64,000 bases of DNA from Nitrosopumilus sp. (GTDB lineage: Archaea > Thermoproteota > Nitrososphaeria > Nitrososphaerales > Nitrosopumilaceae), in the NCBI GenBank assembly GCA_965223425.1, contig OZ245003.1, positions 1,600,001-1,664,000 of the forward strand, given 5' to 3'. Position numbers and translations under genes: made by a program. This document shows positions 9,587 through 19,959 of the stretch, piece by piece; position 1 is the first letter of the stretch, and every line of letters starts with the position of its first letter. The notes beneath the pieces are model-generated. The model did not search any database, had not been told where the DNA came from, and saw only the letters and a program-made list of their open reading frames with translations.

Positions 9587-11167
9587 ATGTCGATGATTGA
9601 ATCGTTCCCCCCGCAATATACTATGCGAAGCGCGCAGAAAAGCATAATCGGAAGGATAGAGGAGGCAACAAAGTCCGGATATCCAAACATCGTGGTGTGC
9701 GCTCCTGTGGGTGTCGGCAAGAGCCACATTGCAGTCACATTTGCCAGGCACTTTGGGGGCTCCTCCATAATTACGCACCAAAAGGTACTGCAGGACCAGT
9801 ATGCCGATAACTTTCGGTTTTTGGCATCGGCAAAGGGCAGGCAGAACTATCCCTGCATAATGATCTGCAATGACGTTGATCCTCACGGGAAGAACCGGAC
9901 GGGGCCTGAGACCACCTGTGCAAACGGAAAATGCTCGTATAGATACGGCGGAAAGACACGCTGGTGCGAATACAAGCCGAAGATTGAGGACTTTGAGACA
10001 ATGCCGGCAGGCGCAGTAGTCGGGCCGTCAGGGGCGTGCCACTACTACAACGCAAAATACATTGCCATGCTCTCAAAGCACTCGCTGTACAACTATGCGG
10101 CATACTATCACTTTAAGCGGTTTGGAAATACGAGGATGGACAGCGAATGCGTCGTAGCCGATGAGGCACACGAGATAGAGGAGACGCTGGTTAACCATGC
10201 CTCCATCACCATTCCAAGGGACGACTTTCGGATGTGCGGGCTTGACATGCCAAAGGGGAACATAGACGACATCCTGGACGGACTGGGGGAGATTGTCAAG
10301 ACATGCTACGGGGAAATCCGCTCTGCAGGGATTGATGCAGACACGCAGAGGTGGAAGAGGCTGGAGGAAAAGTGCTCTACCATATCATTTGAGGGACGAA
10401 AAGACCCGGAGAACATAGTTTTTGAGATAAAAAACGGCGAGATTGCGCTAAAGCCGGTAAGCGTGAAGGGAATGGCCAGAAGGATGTTTGATGGGAAGCG
10501 AAACCTGTTTCTCTCTGGGACAATACACGGAGAGATGTTCTGCGGAATGATGGGGATAGACTCCCGAGATTGCCGGTACATCGAGGTGAAGGACCATCCA
10601 TTTGAGCTAAAAAACAGGACCATGCATTTTTTAAACTCGGCAAGGCTGACAGAAAAATCAAGGGAGACAGACTTTGATGCGGCATATACTTCCGTAGTCA
10701 GAATTCTAGCGAAACATCATGATGAAAAGGGAATCATACTTACCACGTCAAAAAAGCAGTGCATGCAGCTGTCGGGAAAAATAAAAAACCGCGAGGTCAT
10801 CATGGCCTTTGGACCAAAGAGGGACGAGGCAGTAAAGAGGCACGTGGAGTCACCCAGACCGTCCGTGCTTCTTGCTCCAGGGATGTGGAGTGGGGCGGAT
10901 CTGTCAGGGGAAAGGTCGAGGTTTCAGATAATTTTGAAGGTTCCATATCTGTCCATGGCAGACATCCGAATAAGTCACAAGACACACCTCTGGTACAAAT
11001 ATCAGGCATTGGTCAAGTTTCTGCAGGGGTGCGGGAGGTCTGTCAGACATGAGACGGACTATTCTGTTACATATGTCATCGATTCGGGGATAGCTGATCT
11101 TGTCAGGAGCATGCGAAAGTACATTCCTGCGGCGTATCTTGATGCGATAGACATGGCGATGCAATGA
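9587..11167 (+). CDS. XPD/Rad3/DinG-family SF2 DNA helicase
   Basis: Q motif (RSAQ), APVGVGKS, KGRQNYPC with a Cys-rich Fe-S-like region, DEAH, LSGT and QGCGRSVRH. Confidence 0.88.
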   Translation: MSMIESFPPQYTMRSAQKSIIGRIEEATKSGYPNIVVCAPVGVGKSHIAVTFARHFGGSSIITHQKVLQDQYADNFRFLASAKGRQNYPCIMICNDVDPHGKNRTGPETTCANGKCSYRYGGKTRWCEYKPKIEDFETMPAGAVVGPSGACHYYNAKYIAMLSKHSLYNYAAYYHFKRFGNTRMDSECVVADEAHEIEETLVNHASITIPRDDFRMCGLDMPKGNIDDILDGLGEIVKTCYGEIRSAGIDADTQRWKRLEEKCSTISFEGRKDPENIVFEIKNGEIALKPVSVKGMARRMFDGKRNLFLSGTIHGEMFCGMMGIDSRDCRYIEVKDHPFELKNRTMHFLNSARLTEKSRETDFDAAYTSVVRILAKHHDEKGIILTTSKKQCMQLSGKIKNREVIMAFGPKRDEAVKRHVESPRPSVLLAPGMWSGADLSGERSRFQIILKVPYLSMADIRISHKTHLWYKYQALVKFLQGCGRSVRHETDYSVTYVIDSGIADLVRSMRKYIPAAYLDAIDMAMQ

Positions 11168-12132
11168 CGGGTCACGCGATAGAAAAGTATGTGTTCGAGG
11201 GCGGCATGGAGGCACTAAAGGAACTGAAATTTCCAATCGGGGATGTCCTGGAGGGAAGAACAGACTGCGACAAATCAGTACTAAGGGAGGCAATGGCGGG
11301 GATAATATCGGCGGCAACAGGAAAAAGGATTGATGCCGGCGGCACTCCGGCACTAGTCCATGGCAGGCCGTATCCAAAAAATGCCGTGATGTTTTCCCTC
11401 TCTGCAATAATGCTAAAGGCAGTCGACAGGGAAACTGTCACAAAAAAGTACGCGCTGGCCCACTCCATTAGGGCCGAAAAGAGGATAGAGTCTGAGATTT
11501 TAAGAGGCGGGTTTGGTGGAATTGTGCGCAAACTGGTTCTGGGAGTAAGGATAGATGAGCCGTGCATGATGCCGGTATCCGAGTATCTGAGGCGTGCCGT
11601 ACACATCGGCGAGTCAAAGTGGAGTCTTGTAAACAGAAGGGTGGAGGAGGGGATGGTATTGCTTGCAGTTCATGAGATGGTCCGGCTCCTGCGGTGGGAC
11701 ATCACCAGCACTATAGAGGCGGCAATCAATGAAATTAACGTTACGGAGAGAACGGCAAAGCTGGTAGAAGATTATACAAGAAAGATAATGGAGGCCGTTC
11801 CAAAACAGATATCCACAAATGTCGGCGAGTCTGGATGGCCGCCATGCATACGGCACGCAATAAAGTATCTGTACGGCGGCGGGAACCTGAATCATACTGG
11901 GAGATTCATGCTTGCATCATATTTAGTAAAGGCAGGTGTCAGCAAGGAGGTGATATGCGGGCACTTTGTTCCGGCACCGGACTATAACGAGAGGGTGACA
12001 AGCCAGCAGGTCGAGCACATAAGGCGCGGAAAATACATCCCGCCGTCATGTGCAAAGCTGGAGACTTTGGGACTCTGCCACAGGAACCGGAAATGTGGAA
12101 GCATACGCAATCCGATACAGTACCGCCAATGA
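11164..12132 (+). CDS. priL: Archaeal primase large (regulatory) subunit
   Basis: WSLVNR, WPPCI, NLNHTGRFMLASYL and YIPPSCAKL...LC...C...NPIQY, the PriL Fe-S C-terminal domain pattern. Confidence 0.88.
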   Translation: MTGHAIEKYVFEGGMEALKELKFPIGDVLEGRTDCDKSVLREAMAGIISAATGKRIDAGGTPALVHGRPYPKNAVMFSLSAIMLKAVDRETVTKKYALAHSIRAEKRIESEILRGGFGGIVRKLVLGVRIDEPCMMPVSEYLRRAVHIGESKWSLVNRRVEEGMVLLAVHEMVRLLRWDITSTIEAAINEINVTERTAKLVEDYTRKIMEAVPKQISTNVGESGWPPCIRHAIKYLYGGGNLNHTGRFMLASYLVKAGVSKEVICGHFVPAPDYNERVTSQQVEHIRRGKYIPPSCAKLETLGLCHRNRKCGSIRNPIQYRQ

Positions 12133-13286
12133 ACCGCATACTCCACGGCGACTGTACGGAGAGGCTGGCGGAAATAGAGTCAGAAACCGTGGATCTCCTT
12201 GCAACTGATCCGCCGTACGGATACGGATTCCTGGGAAACTCCTGGGACTCTGATGTGCCGACATCCCAGGCATGGAGTGAGTGCCTCAGATGTCTCAAGC
12301 CCGGGGCCTTCGCTTTTGTTTTCTCTTCACCGAGGGCAGACCTCATGTCAAGGATGATAACGAGACTTGGCGATGCGGGGTTTGTCACCGGGTTTACGCC
12401 GATATTTCGGGCCTTTGCGGGGGGATTCTCAAAGGGGAGAAACGTTGCAGATGTGCTGGGGCCGGACCACGAGCTGTATCAACGGCTGAGGGGCTCATAC
12501 ACCGGGTATCACCCAAAGGCTGCCGTGGACGTGGTGATTGTCGCAATGAAGCCGCTCTCAGAGTCCACGTTTACTGCGCAGTCCTGCAGGAACGGCAAGG
12601 GGGTCACGTGGCTTGATGATGTCAGAATTCCGGCAGATCCGGCAGATGGTGACGGTAATAGCAGTGGCGGAAGGTTTCCTGCAAACCTGGTGGTCTCTGA
12701 TGACTCGCTCAATGACGGCAGGGAGCACAAGAGCGGGGTGGTTTTCCCACACCACAATATCACAGGAAAGAAATACCTGTACGACAAGTACGGACACAGG
12801 ACGGCATCGGACACTGTCTGCTATGGCGACTCTGGATCTTTTTCCAGGTTCTTTGACATTGACAAATGGGAGGCGCAGTTCATTGTTGACAGCCGTCCAA
12901 CGCGGGCCGAGATGGATGCCGGAGTGACTCCGCAGAGCGGGCCTCTTGCGGAACTCTGTTCGAATGAAAAACCGGACGGCAGTGGAGTGAGAAACAACAC
13001 ACACCACACCGTAAAGTCGATTGTGTTCATGTCTTATTTGGTAATGATGGGGACAAGGCGCGGCGATACCGTCCTTGATCCGTTTGCCGGATCTGGTACT
13101 ACGGCAATTGCCGCAACGCTCCTTGGAAGGGACTCCATATCGATTGAAATTGAGCACAAGAACTACATGATGATCAGGGAGAGGGCGGAATACTGGAAGA
13201 ACAGGCAGTACGGGAACATCTCGAAGATAAAGAAACAGGATGAGGCAGAATCGCAGACAGACATTACGGAATGGGTAGAGGACTGA
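12129..13286 (+). CDS. N6-adenine/N4-cytosine DNA methyltransferase (beta class, phage-like)
   Basis: TDPPY catalytic motif precedes DPFAGSGTT; also GRFPAN and HHTVK. ATG 12129 overlaps the priL stop. Confidence 0.88.
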   Translation: MNRILHGDCTERLAEIESETVDLLATDPPYGYGFLGNSWDSDVPTSQAWSECLRCLKPGAFAFVFSSPRADLMSRMITRLGDAGFVTGFTPIFRAFAGGFSKGRNVADVLGPDHELYQRLRGSYTGYHPKAAVDVVIVAMKPLSESTFTAQSCRNGKGVTWLDDVRIPADPADGDGNSSGGRFPANLVVSDDSLNDGREHKSGVVFPHHNITGKKYLYDKYGHRTASDTVCYGDSGSFSRFFDIDKWEAQFIVDSRPTRAEMDAGVTPQSGPLAELCSNEKPDGSGVRNNTHHTVKSIVFMSYLVMMGTRRGDTVLDPFAGSGTTAIAATLLGRDSISIEIEHKNYMMIRERAEYWKNRQYGNISKIKKQDEAESQTDITEWVED

Positions 13287-13297
13287 CCGTGAGGGGG

Positions 13298-13660
13298 ATG
13301 CCGCAGTGGCCGTGCGCATATGATGACTGTACCGTGATGCTCAATGACGTTGATAATTTTATAACACGAAAATACTGCGACAGTCACCGAAAGATAAGGC
13401 AAAAGGAGCAGAACAGGACAAAAAACTTGAAACGCCCGAGGAAGTGGAAGGGAAAGAAACGGAACTGCGTCGTGTGCGGGGCGGCACTGAAGAATGCGAC
13501 GAGATACTGCGGGAAGGCATGTCACAGATGGCAGGCCAACCGAAACAGGCAGGCAAGAAAAACAGTCGGCCTGTGCCATTTGTGCTACTCTAGCAACAGG
13601 GAGCTGAAAATTGTCGCCGGAATTCCGATGTGTGTGGAATGTGCCGAGAAGAAGGAATGA
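13298..13660 (+). CDS. Cys-rich multi-Zn-finger protein
   Basis: Several CxxC pairs (CVVC..YCGKAC; CHLC..CVEC). GAGGGGG precedes ATG 13298. Confidence 0.6.
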   Translation: MPQWPCAYDDCTVMLNDVDNFITRKYCDSHRKIRQKEQNRTKNLKRPRKWKGKKRNCVVCGAALKNATRYCGKACHRWQANRNRQARKTVGLCHLCYSSNRELKIVAGIPMCVECAEKKE

Positions 13661-13881
13661 CGGCAGAGCAGATATTGTGTATTTTGATCAGGGAAATTTC
13701 TTTTTGTGGTATTATCATCTGCAGATCCGCACAAATTACGGCATCGACTGATATGAATATCTGAAATGACCGTCCGGCCGCTTGACTATGAAAAGGAACC
13801 TGCTGTTGATTTGAATGCCCCGTGTCCTGAGCTGGACGAATCAATATCGTTGCAGAGAAACTATCTTTTTGGAAAGGAAGT

Positions 13882-14064
13882 ATGAATTTCAACATTAATG
13901 TAAAATGCAGAATATGCGGAAGGCTGTTTTCGAAAAAAACAAACGACAAAAGGACAGTGACATGTTCACGGGAATGCAGCATGGAGAACGCCAAAAGAAC
14001 GTCAAGGGAATGGCATGCCAGCCGCCATAGAAAGAGGGCTGGCACCAGTAAAAATGAACTTTGA
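13882..14064 (+). CDS. Small Zn-finger protein
   Basis: CRICGRLF...TCSREC treble-clef-like pattern. Confidence 0.55.
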   Translation: MNFNINVKCRICGRLFSKKTNDKRTVTCSRECSMENAKRTSREWHASRHRKRAGTSKNEL

Positions 14065-14259
14065 GACTGGGACAAGACGTGCGGCCCATGACAGGGACTG
14101 GCGCGGCAAAAATAGCATGCACGTTCCCATGAAAAAGGAACGGGAAATGGACAGCAAATGCAAACACAGGGCGTTCATACGCATGTCTGACGGCAGAAAA
14201 ATCTGCAGTCACTGCTTCAGTCAGGTCGGTGCCGCCGCCAAAAACCACTGCCGTGGAAG

Positions 14260-14697
14260 GTGAAGAATAAATTGCCTAAAACGTTCAGCTTCGCGCAAGC
14301 TTTGCTGTCTGACCCGCTTCATGTCCATCTGCTTAAAATATGTGTGGATGAAAAAATATTTGATTCTCATGACGACGGCACATATTCGTTCAACAGCAGT
14401 TTCATCCACATATTCAGGTCAGTCACGATAGACCAGGAAATGCACAGGTCCTCTCACATACCCGTGACGGTCAGGGTTTTGGAAAGTATGATGCGTACAT
14501 ACTGTTCATCAGAATTTGACGACATTACCAGGAACTTTTTGTCAGCCATGATTCTGCGCGTACTTGTGACGGATCCCGCCTATCCGGAAACGGAGAAGGA
14601 CAGAATATCGCACTACATGAAAAATATGAATTCCATGAATGACGCCAAATATGACAAACAGAAAAGGGAACTCCTTGAGAGGGAAAAATTACGGTGA
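14260..14697 (+). CDS. Hypothetical protein
   Basis: 145-aa ORF with GTGA overlaps to both neighbours. Confidence 0.5.
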   Translation: MKNKLPKTFSFAQALLSDPLHVHLLKICVDEKIFDSHDDGTYSFNSSFIHIFRSVTIDQEMHRSSHIPVTVRVLESMMRTYCSSEFDDITRNFLSAMILRVLVTDPAYPETEKDRISHYMKNMNSMNDAKYDKQKRELLEREKLR

Positions 14698-14897
14698 CAC
14701 AAATGAAACCACAACACAACGATCCAATGTCTGGCGTATTGGACATGGGCCTGTCCTGCGGCAGGGCAAATCCGTCGGACGTCTTTGTCAAAAAATGTGT
14801 CAGATGCAGTATGATTTTTGAATCGTCATTTGATTCCAAACGTCCCACATGCTCGGACTGCAGCCCAATTTCAAAGAGGAAGAGGAAAAATCACTGA
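14694..14897 (+). CDS. Small Zn-finger protein
   Basis: CVRC...CSDC with a basic tail. Translationally coupled to the upstream gene. Confidence 0.45.
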   Translation: MTQMKPQHNDPMSGVLDMGLSCGRANPSDVFVKKCVRCSMIFESSFDSKRPTCSDCSPISKRKRKNH

Positions 14898-15001
14898 GCC
14901 GGATTTTTTTCAACGGAGTGACACGCCCGAAACCGGGCATGCCTGCCTTTGTTCGTGCGCGACGCCAAGCCATGCAGTATCGTGATCGTCCCAACTCAAA
15001 A

Positions 15002-15388
15002 ATGAGGCTCTTCAACAAAATACTGAACATACTGGATTCAATCCGGCTGGACGAGCCGTTTGAGTACGAGTCGGAACTGGAAGAAAGGGTGGCAAGGCTG
15101 CTAAGGTCAGAAAACATAAAGTCAAAGACACAGCAAAAATCAAAGGATCTGAGATATGACGTGATCTGCAATGAGGGTTCTACTGTAGTATGCATCGAGC
15201 TGAAAGTGATTGCAGACACCTCAAATGTGAAACAGTTTGACGAGTATCATCAGAATTTTCCAAACGGCTTTATAATTCTGTGCTGGCGGGCGACAGGGCC
15301 GCTAAGGGACATATTTGAAAGCGTGAAGAGGCAGAGCCCGACATCAATTGCACTGGTAGAGATATCACAGAGGAGCAGCATGATATGA
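15002..15388 (+). CDS. PD-(D/E)xK restriction-endonuclease-like protein
   Basis: E...RYDVIC...CIELK catalytic pattern. Overlaps the SNF2 start. Start uncertain (track ORF begins at 14849). Confidence 0.55.
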   Translation: MRLFNKILNILDSIRLDEPFEYESELEERVARLLRSENIKSKTQQKSKDLRYDVICNEGSTVVCIELKVIADTSNVKQFDEYHQNFPNGFIILCWRATGPLRDIFESVKRQSPTSIALVEISQRSSMI

Positions 15389-17154
15389 ACTACGGCACGC
15401 TGACTGTAAAAAGAGAGGAGAACGAGGAAATAATTCAGATTGATGTGGAAGACAACGAGGTGGGACTGTTCTTCTCAAGGCTGATTCCATCACACGATAT
15501 TTTTCCATTCACCGTCAAGGCCCACACGGATAACGTGCGGCTGATCAGAATGGTGATGAGGGAGTACCCGCTTGAAATCAAGACAAGGGATGCATGGAAG
15601 TCACTATTGAACGGAATAAGAGAGCAGAAAAAACAGGAAAAAAAACTGGAGACACTGGTGCCAATAGAGCCGAGCAGGCAGAAATTCATCGGGGAATTGT
15701 TCCCGTTTCAGAAACTGGGCCTGGACTTTATGCTAAAGGCAAAGGGAATGGCGCTTCTGGCCGACGAGATGGGCCTTGGAAAAACCATTCAGACTCTGGC
15801 GTTCATATCAAAAAGACCTGACAGCGTTCCCGCAATAATTGTGGCGCCGCTAGTTACGCTATACAACTGGAAGCGGGAGATTGAGAAATTCCTGAGACTG
15901 GAATGTAAAAACACGCTGTGTGGAGACTCGCTACAGACGCCACGGGTGGAAGTAATAAGGTCCGGGAAAAAGAAGCCGGGGCCCGCCGAGTTTTACATCA
16001 TAAACTATGAGATGCTCATGAAACAGGTCCCACACCTCAAGCAAACAAATCCGAAAATGATCGTATACGATGAGATACAAAACCTGAGAAATACGGACAC
16101 TTACAAGTTCAAGTCATGCAGGGCCCTGGCACAGCTGGACTCGGTACGGTACCGGCTGGGGCTGTCCGGGACGCCCGTCTATAACCGTGGAACAGAGATG
16201 TACGGCATTGCAAACATTATACGGCCCGGAGTACTTGGTGACTATGAGGAGTTCAAAAGAAGGTACTGCACTCCATATGTGCCAAACCGCACGGAGGATG
16301 ACAAAAGGACGGCACTCTCAAAAGTACTGAGGAAAAGCATAATGATACGCAGAAAAAAGACGGACGTGCTGCGGGATCTGCCGGAAAAAATACGCATGCA
16401 GCAGAGAATCCAGATTGATACAGAGTTCTACGAGGAGGAACTCGGGAAATTATACGAGAGGATAGAGGAGATAAAGGATTGTATGGGTGAGTTGGAAACG
16501 GAGGACGGGAAAAAGGAGGGACTCTTCTCGCTGAACAAGAAGATAAGGGAGATGCGGGTTGCAGAGCGCCAGATTGCAGGAATTGCAAAGGCGCCACACA
16601 TCATAAACTATGTCACGTCGTTATTGGATGACTATGAGGAGGAGAAATTCGTGATTTTCGCCCATCACAGGATGGTACATCAGATACTGTTGGAGGGGCT
16701 GCGGATGTACAATCCCCTTCAGATCATAGGGGGGCAGAGCGACAAAAAAAGACAGGAGGCAATCGACAGGTTTCAAACCGAGAAGGAATGTCGCGTGATA
16801 ATATGCGGCCTGCGTGCCGGAAATGTCGGAATCAACCTGACCAGTGCGGCATATGTCATCTTTGCGGAACTTGACTGGAGTCCGTCAATTCACAGGCAGG
16901 CAGAGGACAGGCTGCACAGAATAGGACAGAAGAAGAGCGTGTTTTCGCACTATCTGGTGGGTACTGGGACCTTTGATGAGATGTTGGCGGACGTTCTTGC
17001 AGACAAGACGCTGGAGATTGGCAACGTGCTTGGGGACAAGCTGGAAGGCCTGGACAACACAAAGGCGCTAAAGTTCCTTGAAGACAAATTCAAGATACGG
17101 CCGGGGTTCATTGCCGATGACATGACATCAGAAAAGAACGGGAAAAATAAGTAA
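15385..17154 (+). CDS. SNF2-family helicase/ATPase (HARP/SMARCAL1-like)
   Basis: LADEMGLGKT, INYE, YDEIQ, LSGTP, GINL and QAEDRLHRIGQ. Confidence 0.92.
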   Translation: MNYGTLTVKREENEEIIQIDVEDNEVGLFFSRLIPSHDIFPFTVKAHTDNVRLIRMVMREYPLEIKTRDAWKSLLNGIREQKKQEKKLETLVPIEPSRQKFIGELFPFQKLGLDFMLKAKGMALLADEMGLGKTIQTLAFISKRPDSVPAIIVAPLVTLYNWKREIEKFLRLECKNTLCGDSLQTPRVEVIRSGKKKPGPAEFYIINYEMLMKQVPHLKQTNPKMIVYDEIQNLRNTDTYKFKSCRALAQLDSVRYRLGLSGTPVYNRGTEMYGIANIIRPGVLGDYEEFKRRYCTPYVPNRTEDDKRTALSKVLRKSIMIRRKKTDVLRDLPEKIRMQQRIQIDTEFYEEELGKLYERIEEIKDCMGELETEDGKKEGLFSLNKKIREMRVAERQIAGIAKAPHIINYVTSLLDDYEEEKFVIFAHHRMVHQILLEGLRMYNPLQIIGGQSDKKRQEAIDRFQTEKECRVIICGLRAGNVGINLTSAAYVIFAELDWSPSIHRQAEDRLHRIGQKKSVFSHYLVGTGTFDEMLADVLADKTLEIGNVLGDKLEGLDNTKALKFLEDKFKIRPGFIADDMTSEKNGKNK

Positions 17155-17226
17155 CGGGGTTCTTGAGAACGCGGAAAAAACAAAAGATTGCATAGTTCTT
17201 TTATCTGCTCGTTACGGCGGCTCTAT

Positions 17227-17988
17227 ATGTCCGACATCCCAAACATAATAGTGATTGCCATTCCGATAATTACGCTGTTTGTGGCCTCTGAGAATCTTGC
17301 TGGGGAGTTTCTTGCAAATCCAGTAATTGACATGCGTCGGGACATCGCGATGGTATACAACGACGGACTGATCCAGGCAACTGACGTACACGTCCACTTT
17401 GAGTCTTCAAAGGAGATTAGTCTTGAAAAATGTGTGGAAGGTCGCATTACATCACCGAATACAGTAGAGTTTGAGAGGATGTCAGTTGGGATTACGTGCA
17501 AAGTATATGTTGATTTGCCTGATTTGAATGCCATAATCACGGCAGACAACATGGCTGCCGTAACATACACTTACGGCCTGGCAAGCACTAACCCTTCAAG
17601 TGCGACAATATCTGCTGTGGTTTTGATATTGTCCACACTGCTTGCGGTGTTATGGTTTCTGTTGGTTCGAAAGGCATGGTATTTTCCAAGTTCTGCGGTT
17701 CTGAAACACTCTTACGACGGACACAATCCAGACTGGAAAGAATTCTGTAGACGGGTCAACCGGAAATACCATGTGAAGATAAATGATTTTGATGCCTTGA
17801 TTCTACACAGGATTATTCATGCAAACTTGCATGACATACTTTTGATATGTGGTGCTACCGGAATGTCCCAGCAGTTTGTGAGCAGGAGAATATCAAACAT
17901 GCAGAGAATAGACATGTTGGATGAGAATGTCAGGATAGTTGAGGCGATTGCAGATCCACTCAAGGAGTGCTTTGAAGAGTCAAGATAG
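17227..17988 (+). CDS. Membrane protein with two hydrophobic segments and a C-terminal HTH-like region
   Basis: Hydrophobic IIVIAIPIITLFV and AVVLILSTLLAVLWFLLV; C-terminal ATGMSQQFVSRRISNM. Confidence 0.55.
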   Translation: MSDIPNIIVIAIPIITLFVASENLAGEFLANPVIDMRRDIAMVYNDGLIQATDVHVHFESSKEISLEKCVEGRITSPNTVEFERMSVGITCKVYVDLPDLNAIITADNMAAVTYTYGLASTNPSSATISAVVLILSTLLAVLWFLLVRKAWYFPSSAVLKHSYDGHNPDWKEFCRRVNRKYHVKINDFDALILHRIIHANLHDILLICGATGMSQQFVSRRISNMQRIDMLDENVRIVEAIADPLKECFEESR

Positions 17989-18038
17989 GACACTGACTGC
18001 AATGTCTGCAAAGACATGCACTGAGAAGAGGGAATGTC

Positions 18039-19046
18039 TTGAATGAAATGGAAGGATATGCCAACATCAAGAAGGGTTCAGAAACATACATGATGTTGAA
18101 ATACGGCCCGCAGCCAAAGGGAAATCATTCCTACCTTGTCAGGGACGGCAAAGTAACAAGAGAGGCAAAGTGGCTGCTGTTTGCATGTGATCTGCGGATT
18201 TCATTTTTGGAGCTGTGCATTCTCTCGTTTGTGATACTGCACCACATGAAACGGGAAAAGAGGGGGATGAATACGTCGTTGGAACGCAAGATGCTGTATC
18301 ATCTGTTTGGTGGAATCCTGAGTCGTCAAAGTATAGTAGATGTTCTAACAAAGCTAAGAAAACGGGGATTCATCAAACATTCAGGCAAAAAATCAGTAGA
18401 TGTCGACGACAAGGCGGCAAAGCTGATAAAATCCAACAAGGCAGAGATATATGAAATAAGGGAATACATCGAGAAGAATCTTGACGTAAAATTAAGCAGT
18501 TTATCAACAGTTGATCCAAAATTAAGAAAAAAATTTGAGAACGCCACACCGTTGGGGTCCAGACCCGTGAAAGAGTTTGAGGGAATCAACCATTCAAAAA
18601 TAGTAAAAAATTCCAAAGTGTACAAGATGCTGAAAAACGGGCCATTGCCGAAAGGCGATTATTCCTACCTTGTGAAAAATGGCAAAATAACGAAGGAGGC
18701 AAGGTGGCTGATGCTTGCATCTGATCTCGGCCTGTCGTTTGGCGGTATGTGTATCCTGTCCTATTTGATCTATCTGCACGGCAAATTCATAGATACGGAC
18801 ATGCTGCACATGGGATTGCACAGGCCGTGGATCCGTGAGGCGTTTACTGGACACTTGAGGCATCAAACTGTCGTGAGAACCATGACACAGCTAAAACAGC
18901 TGGGATTCATTGATACTGCGCGGCCCGGATATCATTCCGTATTTTTCAAAAAGGAGACTCTGGACAGGTTTATGAAATTACACAAAACAGAAATATTTGA
19001 AATCGTAGAATACGTTGAAAATGATCTTGGAATAGGCGCGTATTGA
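18039..19046 (+). CDS. Protein with an internally duplicated winged-helix-like domain
   Basis: Two roughly 150-aa repeats: MLKYGPQPKGNHSYLVRDGKVTREAKWL / MLKNGPLPKGDYSYLVKNGKITKEARWL, and LRKRGFI / LKQLGFI. Confidence 0.65.
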   Translation: MNEMEGYANIKKGSETYMMLKYGPQPKGNHSYLVRDGKVTREAKWLLFACDLRISFLELCILSFVILHHMKREKRGMNTSLERKMLYHLFGGILSRQSIVDVLTKLRKRGFIKHSGKKSVDVDDKAAKLIKSNKAEIYEIREYIEKNLDVKLSSLSTVDPKLRKKFENATPLGSRPVKEFEGINHSKIVKNSKVYKMLKNGPLPKGDYSYLVKNGKITKEARWLMLASDLGLSFGGMCILSYLIYLHGKFIDTDMLHMGLHRPWIREAFTGHLRHQTVVRTMTQLKQLGFIDTARPGYHSVFFKKETLDRFMKLHKTEIFEIVEYVENDLGIGAY

Positions 19047-19083
19047 AAAATCAGGCATTAAATAGAATCCATTAGCATAAAGT

Positions 19084-19959
19084 ATGAAGCAGGAATTTAT
19101 CTGGTACAGGATACGACAGTTCCCCTCCACTACGTCTGAAAAGTACGACGACACAATGGACAGGGATCTTCGCATGCTGTGCGACTCAATACCGGACTTT
19201 ATGATTGCCATCTTCAAGCTCGAAAAATCCGGAACGTCAATGTATATTCGCGTTCCGCTGGAATCGGCAAGGCAGGTAGAGTCGGTTCCATCATTTGGCA
19301 AGGAGGAGCAGGAGTACCCAATCACCACAAAGATCTCCGCACTTGCACACATGAAACTGCGAAAAAAGTCCGTGTATCCGCTTGTTACAGACGTTAAGGA
19401 CATGCACCAGGACATCTTTTCGCTGCTTGCGACTGCACCGTATGGCGCGTTTTACATCCGGCTCTTGCACGCAAATTCCAGCAACATAAAAAAACAGTTT
19501 GATTCACTCAAGAAAAAGCACGAGAGGCAGAAGGAAAAACAGAACAAAAATACAAACTGGTATGAATCCCCCATGAAGTCAAAGGCAGAATGCAGCCTGT
19601 TCTTTTATGCCGAAGTTTTCTATGCGACAAAATTATCTTCGGACATTGATCTTTTCGAGTCTGTCATTCCATATACTGATCCCAACCAGGAGCCAAACGG
19701 ACTGGTACGCAGCAAGCTGATCCTCTCAAACAAAAAGCACCCGGAAAAGGCCACGGCAAGTCTCAAAAAGCTGCTGCTGGCACCTGCAAAAAAGACACAG
19801 ATGACTCTCTCACAGAATGACATTGTGCCCTTTGTCAGGTTTCCGCACGACGCAGATCACCTGCAGATGGATTCGGCCACAACTGACACGTTCACAAACT
19901 TTGCCCCCGAGGGGCAAATAACTGACCCGCAAAGGCAGTTTGAGGAGGACACAAAATAA
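19084..19959 (+). CDS. Hypothetical protein
   Basis: 291-aa ORF with TATA-like TTAAATA at 19058. Coupled (TAATG) to the next gene. Confidence 0.6.
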   Translation: MKQEFIWYRIRQFPSTTSEKYDDTMDRDLRMLCDSIPDFMIAIFKLEKSGTSMYIRVPLESARQVESVPSFGKEEQEYPITTKISALAHMKLRKKSVYPLVTDVKDMHQDIFSLLATAPYGAFYIRLLHANSSNIKKQFDSLKKKHERQKEKQNKNTNWYESPMKSKAECSLFFYAEVFYATKLSSDIDLFESVIPYTDPNQEPNGLVRSKLILSNKKHPEKATASLKKLLLAPAKKTQMTLSQNDIVPFVRFPHDADHLQMDSATTDTFTNFAPEGQITDPQRQFEEDTK

